Of a stretch of 64,000 nucleotides of DNA, positions 13,624 to 26,583 are shown in pieces. The stretch's first letter is position 1, and each line of letters opens with the position of its first letter. Location: positions 1 through 64,000 of the forward strand of contig JBEWZL010000308.1 of the NCBI GenBank assembly GCA_045837725.1. Direction: 5' to 3'. Origin of the DNA: Vermamoeba vermiformis (taxonomy: Eukaryota). The position numbers and the translations under genes were made by a program. The notes below the pieces were generated by a model. That model searched no databases and was not told where the DNA came from. It saw only the letters and a program-made list of their open reading frames with translations.

Positions 13624-15598
13624 ATGCACAATCATATGCAAGACAATTCACAGCTCAGCATGTCGGGTCATCCGCATCAGTACTCTTCGCATCTAGATGC
13701 GAGCGGATCTGGTGCCGAGCATTTGCAACAGCATCAGTCAGGACACGAGCACCATGTACATAACGACAATAGCGATCATGAGTCGAAGAGCGAACAATAC
13801 GGCGAGTTTAAGGTACGTCAATTTATTGGCTGCAAACTCGTGACCACGCGCAACTTTTTTTCTCGGGTATTAAGCACGCCCGATACAAAATTAATATAAT
13901 ATACGTTTGAACGATTATAGGGGACATATTATTAATACTTGTGATGTTAATAGGAAGAAGATTTTGTTTGTCGCTGGGACAACTGTATAAATCAGTCAAA
14001 TTTTACGGTGAAGTTTGGCACAGCCCAAGAATTGGCGCTACACGTCGCTGAACATGTATTATCAAACCCTATTCAACAGGTATATGATCGTAGTATTAGA
14101 TGATTATACAGGAGTTGTTAAGTGTTGAGCGGATCCACTAACATTGGTATTTTTTTATTAGTTAAATCAAACGTGCTTAGCTTGCGGACGAAGTTTTATT
14201 GGCATGACCGACGAGCAGATCACGGCTCACTTTAAGACACCTTCACATTCATTTGTGGTACGTAGAAATCGGATCGAGATCTGGTACACTTTGCAACGTT
14301 AAATTTTCTTAGCTCTAACACGCATAATATTGGTTTATTTTACTAATTTGTATATTATTGAATAGCCACATATAGCCCAATCTTTCAATTTGGGTCCACC
14401 ACAAGTGCAAATGCCGAACAAACCGATTGGCATGATGTTACCGCCAATGCCCGTACAAATGCACGAGCAACATGGTCATGGCATGGAACAAACGTACGTA
14501 ATTAATTATATTATAAGAACAAATCTTATTGTATTTGGGTAATTAGAATAATAATTCTGACCGTTGATTTTCAGCCAATGGAATCAATTTATGCAAAATG
14601 AGTCCGACATGCAAGGCCACGAAGTTGGTCCTAAGAGGCGAGGTAAGCGTTAATATACTATAATAAGCGAATATACGAGACTAATACTGATGTACGTGTT
14701 AGTTCGAAGTAAGAAGCGAAAAGCGGAAGAAATGGAGCCAGCGAGCATGGAGGACTCCATGGACGATTTAAGGCGATACATTTGCGACATTACTGGCTGC
14801 GGCAAGACATTTAAGCGCAGCGGGCATTTGAAGCGACACAAATTAGTGCACGCGCCTGCTACTGAACGCGAACGATATCCGTGCACTATGGCCTCATGTT
14901 CGAAGACTTATTCAACGAAATACGATTTGGCTGCTCATGTCCGACAGGTACGTGACGCTTTCTATATTAGGAAATGAGTCATTGCAAAAATTTATTCGCG
15001 TCAAGTTGAATGGTTACGCGTGCTCGTATTATTTTTTAGAATGATGAAATCAATTAAAATTCACTGCTATTGGAGCTGATCTGAGTGCGCTTTGATGCAT
15101 AACCGCAGTGTCTGACTTAAAAATAATACGAGCCTGATTAATATAACTTTTAATCGGTTTTTAAGTTCGACATTAAAGCTAATATATTTTTGATGGTAGG
15201 TTCATGAAGGAGCACCGCAATTCAAATGTAGTTACCGAGGTTGCTGTCGTCGATTTGTGCGCAAAGAATCGTTAGAAAAACATTTGCAAACATTCGATCA
15301 CAGCAAAGCTTCGCTGAAACTGGACGGCAACACTGATGAAGCTGAAGATGATATTGCCGATGGATCTTTATCATTGGCCTCGATGAGTGGTCAGCAGCAT
15401 CAAGAACAACAACAACATAATAATTATATGGGCAATAATGTGCCAATGATGAATCAGCACGTGAATTTGGGCATGCCAGATCAACAAGCTGAAAATCTGA
15501 TGTACTTGCAGAACAACGCGCTAAAAGACGATAACAATAATAACCTCCGCACCGGCAATACGCCACATATTAAGACGGAGATGGCAGAGCACCTGTAG
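13624..15598 (+). CDS. C2H2 zinc-finger transcription factor, multi-exon
   Basis: YICDITGCGKTFKRSGHLKRHKLVH, YPCTMASCSKTYSTKYDLAAHVRQ|VH and FKCSYRGCCRRFVRKESLEKHLQTFDH, plus His/Gln/Asn-rich low-complexity regions. Confidence 0.9.
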
Positions 15599-16027
15599 TA
15601 TTAGGATTGGAACGGAAAATGAACCGGATGCAGATCTAGCGCAACAATCTGTTTTGGCGCGACGCTTCCGAATATTGTACAAAAGTTAGTATTGATGCCC
15701 AATACTTCATATTGTAAATAAAAAAAAAGTTAGTGCACGCAAGATCCAGATCACCGAACTAACGGTTTTGGATTATTCCCAAAACAACATCGGCATTTAG
15801 CCGGTATGGAAGAAACCTTGAATAACGTTGATGTCGGACAACAATAAGATTATGATTTTTATCAGCCCTGGCTTTGCTTAATTGCGAACTTTTCTCGGTA
15901 AAATTAGTTCATATTTCAATAATAAAAACAAGCACCACACGAGACCAAACGAAACTTGTCTGGTCGTCAATTAATATTATTCAATCGTGCTCAAGATCCT
16001 AAGCTCCGATACACTTGTAAAACAGAG

Positions 16028-16366
16028 ATGGAAGTCGAATCTCACCAACAATTTGCTTCATTTACATTTGTTCCCTTGGGAACCTCGCCCATAAATTGCA
16101 GTACCTCTCCGCAAAGTAATACCAACGTAGTTATACCACTCCCAGTCCAATCTTCGACTCCCAATACGAATTTGCCAGTAGCTAAATCCGTATCTGTTGT
16201 CCAAGCCAAACCTCAACTAAGGAAAAAAGCGGTGGTGCCAGAGGTTGTTCGAGCACACGAACATGCTACGGCGGAATTAACTATTGCCTTGTCCTTCTTC
16301 AGGAAACCCCGAGACGAGGATGCAGAATTACATGCCGTGGTTGTAGAAGAGATCTACGTTGATTAA
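16028..16366 (+). CDS. Hypothetical protein (intronless, Pro/Ser/Thr-rich)
   Basis: Open frame from ATG 16028 (MEVESHQQ...EEIYVD), flanked by AT-rich UTR-like sequence. No recognisable domain. Confidence 0.5.
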   Translation: MEVESHQQFASFTFVPLGTSPINCSTSPQSNTNVVIPLPVQSSTPNTNLPVAKSVSVVQAKPQLRKKAVVPEVVRAHEHATAELTIALSFFRKPRDEDAELHAVVVEEIYVD

Positions 16367-16702
16367 TATCATCTAGCGTCTCTTCTATGTGTTAAATATA
16401 TATATGCGATGTACAAATGGTAATAGCGGCGTTTGTAAGATTTGTATAGAAAAGATTTTATGTAAATCTGCTTAATGCTCATGTAATAATCCTTGTAAAT
16501 AACATTGTTTGATATGAAATTAATAAAATAAATATATATTATCCATCTTTAATTATTTAGATTGTTCTTGTCCGCCTCCAGTCCTATTTGCAGCGTTTTT
16601 ATTTTCCGAAAGAATTCTACGCAAAAAAAAGCATAGAGAAATTTTGGATGCGGCTTAAAAAGCTGTTTTGTTTCATTTATTTTATTATTACTGTATAACA
16701 CA

Positions 16703-17990
16703 ATGTCGTTGTATGTTGGTAGTGTATCGTTCTAACACTCAATAAAAAGGCCTAACATTAAAAAGCGAATAATTATTAATGACGTCACGCTTCTGCAGAT
16801 CGGCCTTTGCATTGGATAATTAATTTAATAATAGTAGATACTAATACTTTTATTGCAGGCAATTTACCTGGGGACTTACGTTCTCGGGAATTGGAGGATT
16901 TGTTCCAAAAATATGGACGGATTCGTTATTGCGAGGTCAAATCCGGAAGAGGTAAGCGCAAAAATATTCTCATTTATTTTTAAATATTAGAAAATTAGCT
17001 AATTTTAAATTTTTTTAAGGTTTTGGCTTTGTCGAGTTCGATGACACTCGCGATGCCGAAGACGCTCTTGACGCATTAGACGGTAAGTCCTTATAATAAT
17101 TACATACTCCCATACAATAATACTGATAGTATATTCCTTTGCAGGTACAAATTTTGAAGGCGGTCGCATCCGCGTAGAGTTTTCTCGTCAACGAAGTAAG
17201 TATTTTTCCTTTTCTTAGCAGTTTACTTTCGCTATTTTAAATTCATATAATACTATGTGCTCGTTAAAGTACTCGAGGAGACGGACTATTTTAAGCATTC
17301 ATAATTAACTTGTTCGTAGTCTCGGATTCACCTGCTACATGACGCGTCATCCACTGAAGAGGGCACACGCGCGTCAAGTTGTTTTAAGTACTTAAATTAT
17401 TTTTATTATAATGCTTATTAAGGCTATTAGTACTTCTCTAAGCCGTTAATTCAAATCCGAATTTTTTTTTTGCGGCTGCATCCGTTGAACTCTGGAAATG
17501 ATACTAATACTTTTTTCTTATAGGCACTGCGTGCTATAAATGTGGTCGTGAAGGTCACTTTGCACGTGAATGCAGAAGATCGAGATCACGAAGCAGAAGT
17601 TATTCTCGATCGCGTTCCAGATCCAAATCTCGTTCGCGCAGTCGCGGTCGTAGACACCGTTCTCGATCTCGCAGCAGATCATACTCACGTGGCTCGAGAT
17701 CTAGAACACGCAGCCGTGATGGCCGTCGACGAAGACGTTCACCTTCTTATTCTAGATCGCCTCGAAGAGGTCGATCCAGATCCAACTCTCGCGAACGAAG
17801 CAGAGAACGCGAGAGATCTCGTTCACCTACTAAGCACGACACTAAGACTAGTGCTGGTGATAAAGACCAAGCTGTTGGCAAGAAGAGATCTCGTTCTCGA
17901 TCTGTTTCAGCCTCACCTGATCGTAAACGTCAACGTACTGACAATGCTACCATTGGTGTAGCGACTACTGAAGACAATACTCATGTTTGA
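16703..17990 (+). CDS. SR splicing factor, RRM + CCHC zinc knuckle + RS domain (SRSF7/9G8/RSZ type)
   Basis: [35 protein letters not shown] and [15 protein letters not shown], then long RS repeats. The ORF track shows the wrong frame for the last exon. Confidence 0.93.
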
Positions 17991-18567
17991 ATGGATAGCG
18001 AGGGACTAGTATCGCAAAATAAGATCTCGATCCCATTTCAAAATTTTGAGTTGGAAGAAGCTGCTATTTCTAGCAGAGAATAATTATAAGCTAATTTTAG
18101 TATTATTTTAAATTATTACATAATATTGTACAAAATGGAATAAAATTTATTTAATTTGACGCACTGGCGAATTGAGATAATTATTTAGATTAATTAATAG
18201 AGCACAAAAGCGGGATCTGAAACTGGTTCGAATCCTAACGCTTAAATACACTGTTTGTCACTGAATTATCTTAATAATACGTCTAGTCTGGTGTAGGATC
18301 CGATAAAAATGTACCGCTTGCCAAATAAGGGTAATAGCACACGGGTCGGAACTATTTATTTGGCCAAATAATCCAGCGGCAAAAATAAAAATCTGATTGC
18401 CGACAATATTTGATTAGTTCAAATACAAACACCAAACCCACTACCACATCTGGTTCGTAAGTAACACTTTGAAATCCTTCTCCTAGAACCAGCACTGACA
18501 CTAGCACACCATACGCGGATTATAATAGTGACGTTCTAATCATAATTTTTTCTTATTGTAGAATAAA

Positions 18568-19297
18568 ATGGCTATGAAAAGAGTTACGCTGCAAGATGTG
18601 ATCCTTCCAGGAGAGAAATACTGGCGCTTATCGGTAAATTTAGGTCCCATAATATAGTGATAATAATATTATAATATCAAATGCGAGCCTCGCCGAGGCG
18701 ATGTTGCAATTCAGAATTTAAAGACCTCCATCCGGAGATTAATTTTATTTCTATTACAGGAAGTATGGGCTAATAATAAGAGACCTGTAAGAATTGTAGC
18801 TTTGAGCAAAAATGGCTTTAGAGTGATCGATCCGCTGACTTTGGTACGACATGGGACACGATCCCGTTCTAAAATTAACTGTTTTTGACATATTGCTTTA
18901 ATACAGACCGTATTATATGAAATGCCTTTAATCTACATTAAGAGCTACGAATACGGCGTGGACGCATTGAAATTAATTTACACCAAGTTGGATGGAGAAG
19001 ACGTTCAAGTTGAATTTAGACCGAAAAAAGTATGGCGTTATCAATATCATTAATATAGTGACGATCTAATACCAATCTTAGGGCATGTTGCATAATATGC
19101 TGAACTTTAGTACTAAACTGCCAATTGTGGTCTGGATGGAGTCCCTGATCCAAGAAATCGCCCGAGAAAGCAGTGCGCAAAACTCCTCTGTATCAACACC
19201 TCGCTCTATTCGCATGCCCGATGAAGACAGTGGTTCTGAGTCATTATCATCACCTCGTCGCAATTATAAGCATTACAAAGGTTACAAACAGCTCTAA
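18568..19297 (+). CDS. Small PH-like (FERM-C/PTB-like) domain protein, 4 coding exons
   Basis: The spliced product contains RIVALSKNGFRVIDPLTL|TVLYEMPLIYIKSYEYG, resembling the FERM F3 lobe. There is a probable 5'UTR intron at about 18457-18561. Confidence 0.55.
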
Positions 19298-19538
19298 ATC
19301 CGTTGAGCAAATTGTATTTTTATCGCTTGTATTATTATATCATTAGGAACATGTACATTAATATCAAATTTAGCATATTGCGCTCGCAAGAATCCGATTC
19401 GCAGCGGAATAAATTTTTCTTCATGAAATTAATCTCCCGCTCGAGATTTGTAATAAACACTCCAACATTAGTTTAAAACTGTACAAAAGCTCCACAAGCG
19501 TTTATTTGAGGAGGGTATTAAGGCCTAATAAGCCTATT

Positions 19539-22500
19539 TTAAGCCAAGAGCTTTGGCCAATCGAATCGTTGGATCAGATCCAACGCGTTGTTTTCTTCGA
19601 GGTACTGCTCGGCTTTGACGGAGATCATAATGAACTCGCTCACAAATTCCGAGAACAGCTCGTTTAGCCACGCGAGCACGAGAACTGTCGCCCACACCGA
19701 TTCACCGAACTGTTCAAACTGAAAAAAACAACTCGTTAGTTCAGATCCAACTTCATCGATTGGAAAATTACTAATATAAAACCAATAGTACTTCTCAATA
19801 CCACTATTAATTACGAAACGACTATCATAATGAAAAAAAAAGTAGCTAAATTAATTCAATTTCTTGTACTCAGATCAAGGGATCAAATCGATGAAAAATA
19901 TTTGAAGTTAGTAATGCCATAGCATATTTGTACTAGTTTAGGCGTACCTCATTTTGGCCAATAAATTCTAGGAATTTCTTGCGATCAATATTGAGCACAG
20001 GCAGAACGTCGTTCAATAACCAATGGCCATCGGGATGTTGCCTGAACAACACTTTGTCCATATCGATCTTATTGCTCATTTTCTTAGTCTTCATCGATAC
20101 GCTTCTATTATTATTATGACTCGTTTCATATTCATTTTCTTCGCCGGTCATTTCCGTCAGCTGATCCCGCAATAGTTGCATTCTTAATGTAGAGTCCTTA
20201 TACGAATCTTCTGATAGGCAATCTAGCTCTGATATTGCATTGTCAAATGCTTCTTTGCCGATCTTAACCGCCCTAAAAAAATAAATTAGAAAAAAACATA
20301 ACTTATTTCCTTTTTTGGCTATTATTCTTATTTTCATTTGCAGGTTAAAGAGTTATTTTTGCAGTTAAATAAATTACTTGGCTATATCTTGCAGGACGTA
20401 TCTACAGAATGAACTGTATTCGTCAGCGATTTGAAGTGTGTCCGGATGTGTCGGCGACAGATCTGCCTTAAACATTTTCTGCACGGCCATGTACTGCTGA
20501 TCGACTTCTATTTTTAGTGCATTGAATTCTATGGGATTGAAGTTTGACATTTTGATGAATTCTTCGTGTTTGGGTTTCAACGTCAATTTTGACACCAAAA
20601 GTTCATTTTTCAGTGAAACATCCGCGTGATTGAGTCCGAGTGACTTGTCATAAGGCTTATATGAGCTAATTATAGCTGCATATTGGTTGTAAAGTGCTTC
20701 GATGTCATTTGACAGCTTTTTCATTACGCCTGAAATTTCTGCAATCTTATCCACGTGCTCTTTCTTGTTATTCGCAGCTAACAATTCTTCTTCTTCATTT
20801 CTGCGCAATCTCAGCATTCTCTGAATCGCGCGCTTGTTCACTGAAAAAAAGTTCAGTGAAACAATTCTTTAGTTTTTGTTTTTCCTAATTTAGTAATCGG
20901 AGTTTTACGTACTGATATGCTCTTCGAATAATTCTCCGAGTTGTTTTTGTTCTTCGTAATTCAACGGTTGAGAATTTGCAATTTTTTCACGGAGATCTGG
21001 TTTGCTGTCGAGCACGGAGGGCGGAACTTCTTTGTATTTTTCTTCTCTATTGTCAACATTGAACTTCGAATTCAATTCTTCGTTGAACTGAGCGCTGGAT
21101 TGACACTCGTAGTTTGGAATTTCAATCGTGAAGCTGATTGGTGGCTCTTCTTCCACGCCCGAAGTATCCACAACCACTGCTGAATAGGTATAATTAGTAC
21201 TATTAGACCACAGACTATATTTTTTCACGTCAATCATTTGTTTTGGCTTGATTGGTTCGGTCGTTTTACCAAGTGTCAAAGTGTCAAAAAATAACGTTAC
21301 GAATAAATTGAATTTGAAAGTGATAGTAATGGTCTTTTAAGAGTTGTTTTTTTGTATGCATGTACGTACCAGGCTCAGGCACGGTCAAATCAAGTCCCTC
21401 CATGATCATCGTAGCATAGCTCGGTGTGCCCGTGTTTTTGATCTCGGTCAGAACGAAGGCAGTGTACAGCGACAGCACGTTGAATGTGAGCGACAAGTTC
21501 ATGATGGACTCGATGGTCTTGCTTGACTTGTTGTGCGATCTCAGGTGCGAGATCAATGTGCCGCACGTGACGGTGTGCAGTCCTGCGCCATCGACATATT
21601 TAGGCATCGTAAGCCTAATTAGGAAATATCAGAATGAGTTATTGCCTTATATGGAAAGTATACTCGGCGGGGGTTGGATACTTACGGTGTCGTAGTGCCA
21701 TTAGATGTCATTTGCAGGGCACGAGTGGGTTTTGAATTCATGAACCCGTAAAAAGTATATTTTCTGTTCGGAGCGAGCGGCAACTCGATTTTCTCTGAAT
21801 ATTCGTTCACTGAACCGAATTCTTCACCCAATGCGGCCAATTTGACCGGCACGCCAAAGTCAAGTGTCACTGATGGAGGACCGAACATGACATCTGTCAC
21901 ACAAAGTGTCAATAAATTTTTGCAAAGATTTGTGGTGCTGACGACTATTGTAGGTTGATCGTGAAATTATTGCAAAGATTGACAGCAAATTGGATCGTGA
22001 AATTATTGCAAAGATTAGTGACTTACGCTGCAACAAGCCAATGATGCGAGACTGCAACGAACTGCTGTGGATGTGTTTGACAATCAACGACTGACCCTTG
22101 CCGTGCAGTGCAATGTTGATCAGATCTTGTTCGACGACATCGCTGCCAATGCCAATGGTGTAAACCGATGATTGGTGCGCGTGGGCATCGATCAGATCAA
22201 AAATTTTGGTTTGATCCGTGAATTGACCGTCTGTCAACAAGAACACCACGCGCGGAATAATCTCGCCCTGAGATACCATTCATGAATCAGTAAAATTGTT
22301 GCAAAGATTCATATATGTTTTTCGTTGTTAGTGTATGAGACTTACGTCTTTTCCTTTTAAGGAAGGTGCTTCTAAGACAGCTTTAAGTGGCTCGTATACT
22401 TTGGTGTCGCACATATTGGCATTCGATTCATCGGAATATTTCATGGCCTCTTGGACTGACTCAGACGTCAACGATTTGCTTTCCTAAAAAGGAAATGTCA

Positions 22501-24126
22501 GGCCAGAGGATTAATTCTCACTGATAGAATTGAATTCTTACGGGCCACAACAAAAAGAATCGATCGCCAAATCGGACAATGTTGAATTTGCTGTTTGACG
22601 GCAATGACGCTAAAAATAGTTTCAACGCTCCTAAACCGGCCAATTTTCAGTATAAAGACCAAATAAGGCAATAATTAATACGAGTACGTACTGCACGCTT
22701 GAGTGATCTTCTCGCCGCTCATGGAGCCAGAACAATCGAGTATGAACACGACTTCGCGCTCTTGTTTCAGTGCTAAGCGTTGTTGCGCCGTCAAAGGGAC
22801 ACCTGAACATAAGAATTGTTATTACTAAAGTGCAAACAACTAATACACAGTAAAACAAGATATACTATCAACATTACATTAAAATATCAAATTTAATTTA
22901 AGCGTGAAAGTTAATTAAATTTCAAAGTTGGTCAGATCCGGTTAGATAAATTTTGCAAATAAATTAACTTGGTAGTTCGGCGTAGTAAAATATTAAGGGG
23001 AGTATGGATATGTCAGTATTGTTTTTAATATTGATACGTACTTAGCGAAGCCATAAAAGCAAAAGGATACTGTTGAAAGTCATTGCACTCTTCGACCACG
23101 TAGCTCGGCTCAGGTTTAGCGGATCTGATGGTCAGATCGATCGATCGGAACACTCGTAGATCTGTTTGTGACACTTCAATGACAGCGGTATTGCCTAAAA
23201 AGGAAATATAAATATTGAAATTTGATTATGATTTTGTTATCGTTCTTCGTCAATTTAAAACGTACCATCAATCTTTGCATCTATTTTATGATTTTTAGAT
23301 GTAATTGAATCGATATTTTCGCTTAATTTAACGGTGATTGGTTGGATCGTAACAGAGTCGCTATAAAAAAATAGATTAGCAAAAGGTTAAATTGTTAAAA
23401 ATAATGATATTACATACCTGTATATCATATTGAGAGAAGGAAAATTAATTTGACGAGTTTGCTGGTCTTTTTCGAAGTTGTGAGGCGCTAACCACGATAA
23501 CTTAACGACAGCGACAGATCCGGGCAGGAAATTGCCTAAAAATCAGCCCAAAATATTAGTTAAATATTAAATTGATTTTTGATAAATTTTTAAGCCATTA
23601 CCAATTGATAAATCAAAGGTGTTTGGGATCTTCTCCGACATTTCGCCCATGTAAGCGGTTCCACCACTAGCAATATGATCGTCATAATTATCTGACGCTA
23701 CATCTTTGGGCTCTAATGTCGCGTTGTAGCATTTACCGTCTGTAACAATAAATTAAAGTCAGATCCAATTTTCGAACTCAGTTTCGAACCAAAAGATGTT
23801 CGGTAAACAAAAACAAATATATCGTTACCTTTATATACTTCGAAGCCTTTTAATTGCGCGTTATATGGCAACGGAAATCCATATTTGACTTCAACGGCGC
23901 AATTGTTTTCATTTTTAAAGACCTACATCAGAATCTTAGACTCAATATTTCCCAAGAAAGAATATTGTAGTATGCATATTACTTAGTTCTTTAACGCGGT
24001 AATTACCTGAATCAGCTCGGTATTCGTTGCAAAATCGTCGATCGAGATCTTAAAATTTCCTTTGACAAGTTTAAGGCCAGCAGCGGTTGCTTGACCGCTC
24101 TGGTCATCTACTTGTGGTTCAAGCAT
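19539..24126 (-). CDS. VIT + vWA domain protein (VWA5A-like) with an internal 14-3-3-like domain
   Basis: VIT segment ([16 protein letters not shown]); vWA with [20 protein letters not shown] and [15 protein letters not shown]-terminal QHPDGHW and [10 protein letters not shown]. The 14-3-3-like insert is at about 20140-20975. Confidence 0.85.
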
Positions 24127-24284
24127 ATTCAAATATCTTTTGATCGAAGATATTAACTTGATGCGTGGTCTTTGACAGATATTTTTGATGAGAATACATC
24201 CTGGTCGAATTTTTTTTTTATTATTTTTTTGTTCGTATCGATAGCAATACGCAACTACAATACTGTGTATCACAAGTATTATTT

Positions 24285-26248
24285 ATGGAACCTAATCAAC
24301 CTGCATACAAAGCACTTTACGCGCACTCGCAGTATTTCCGTATGTTGACCTACTGGCGCAAATGAAAATAGTAAAATAATAATTATAGATTATTGTATTA
24401 TAGATTACGCAAATTTTCCTGATCACTATCAATGCCACGATCTACTGGCAGCACATCCCGAAGTTGAAGAATTAATTTACACAATTGGCGAAAAATGCAT
24501 ATTTGCTCTTAATACCGACCAAAATATTAAGGAGAAGGTACATATATATTTAAAAAATAATAATCAAACAATTTCACGCAATTTAAATTTGAGAAATTAC
24601 GCGGATTTGGTAATTGCATCCGTAGAGATCGAAGCTAATTGATATATATTTAGCGTGTTTATGTACGTGGTCCTAATAATGCTATTCACTTGCCTCAAAC
24701 ACCGATGTCGATTGCCGCGTGCAATAAATACCTCGCTGTTGGTTATCACAACAGCTTGGTCGAATTTTACGACATTAACAAACGAACGTAGGTTATATAT
24801 AGCTATAATAGGACTATATTATAGTACAATTATATTAATCGATATCGTTAAGGTTTTTGTTCTCGTGGGAGGCGCATAGTAGTATGATTAATTACCTCGA
24901 TTTTTATTATGTGGAAGGCAGACCAATTCTATTAACAGCCACAAATTATGACTTGGTGATTGGTAAGATTTAATTTAAATATTATTATTTCCTTTTTAGG
25001 CAATATATATATTACAAAAAAGCTGCTTAAATGGACGAAACTTTTCGGATCCAAATCTGCTGAAACAAATTATTCAATACTAATAATAACTTATTTTAGC
25101 GTACGATGTTGATAACAAACAAATCCTATATTCGGTGCAATTGCCGCAAGCAGCAAATGGAGTCAAGATCTCGCCAGACAATAGAACGGTTGCAGTTACA
25201 AGTGACACTAGCGATGTATATTTTTTTTCACCTCATGACCTTATTGAAAATGGCATGATTAAACTGCAAAAGACAGTCAGAGTGTTCGATCGGCCGATCG
25301 CGCAGTCCATTAGCTGGGATCCCACTTCGAGATACATTGCGCTTGCGAGTGAAGGAGATAAGTCTTGTGTAGTATATGATACTGAAGAAGAGCGAGTTAT
25401 TAGGAGATATGTTACGCCAGTAAGTACCATTTACAAACGAAAACATTTTATCAAAAGTATTTTCTGAGAATTTCTTCCGGTACATTTTACTAGATCTGAA
25501 ACCGTTATGATTTCAGTAGTAATAATATTACTTTTCGTAACTTTGATGTGAAATCACGGAATTAATCCACTATTAAGCCCGTATAATTTTTTGTACCAAA
25601 GATCTGTTTTTTTGTTGCCAGTTATTAACGGTCTTTATTATTTAGTATCCAGTTCGTATTGTCAAATTCAATCACTCAATGGAAGCGCCATTATTAGTGA
25701 TAGGAGAAGATATCAAAACAGTCACAGTTATCGATTACATCCCGGACTTTCAAGATGCGATTGCAGCGAATGACCCAAATATGCCGTGCGTACGACAGAA
25801 TGTTAAGAATCATACTGTACATGGTCCTTATCATGTCTCGGGCATTTGTTTCTCAAAATCTGGAACGAAACTTTATTGGGGTAAGATAATTTTTTTTACT
25901 TCAAAATTCAGATTTAATCTTAAAAATGCCATCAATAATGTACTAATAATAGCAAGGTTATTTAATTGGCAATTTACGTTCTTAATATTTGTTTTTGAGT
26001 GAAATGGAAAAATGATCCGAATCTAATTTTCATTTTTATTAGCGTATTGTGCCACCGCGGAAACGTTCGAAGACGGCGGAGATTTTTACAATATTTCCGA
26101 GAATACAATAGGCTGCGTCAAATCGCTTAAAGATACGTGCATTCAGTTCATCAGATCTACTCTTGCAGAACACCGAGCACATTATAAGGGCATTAGGAAC
26201 CGTGTGACAAAAGAGCTGTTTGAACAGATCAATATTAAGACTACATAA
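24285..26248 (+). CDS. WD40-repeat protein with a C-terminal BC-box/SOCS-box-like motif
   Basis: NGVKISPDNRTVAV, SISWDPTSRYIALAS and GICFSKSGTKLYW. The last exon reads VKSLKDTCIQFIRSTL. Confidence 0.7.
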
Positions 26249-26583
26249 TAAACTCCAATAGAGTGTTACAAACTGCGTTTTAATAAAAACTGGATCGTAC
26301 AGTTGATTAGTAATTGAAAATATCAACAAAACGAGTAAAAATTTATATTTGTTTCCATCACTCTTCAATAGTTAGTCCGTTCCGTAAGAAATTACGTACT
26401 CGTAAATGTTACGCAGGGTTATGTGCGCTACAATGTTCTGAATATTGTAAAAACAGAGAATTCTCTGAAAAATCAATGTTGAAATAATATGAAAAGGACC
26501 AGTAACGCTACGATATCGATAAGAATAAAGATAATAATTTTTACCGCAATAAACAGATCAAATTGAATGCTTCAATTTCAAAT

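Noticed and set aside
17542-17961. 139-aa ORF in the track (MVVKVTLHV...)
   Set aside because: It is an alternative frame of the RS-repeat exon. The spliced frame encodes the zinc knuckle and RS domain.
23061-23070. GTATCCTTT on the minus strand resembling a U12 donor (a similar word occurs near 31271)
   Set aside because: The first lies within a coding exon (QYPFA) and the second inside an ordinary GT-AG intron. Neither has a matching U12 branch site.
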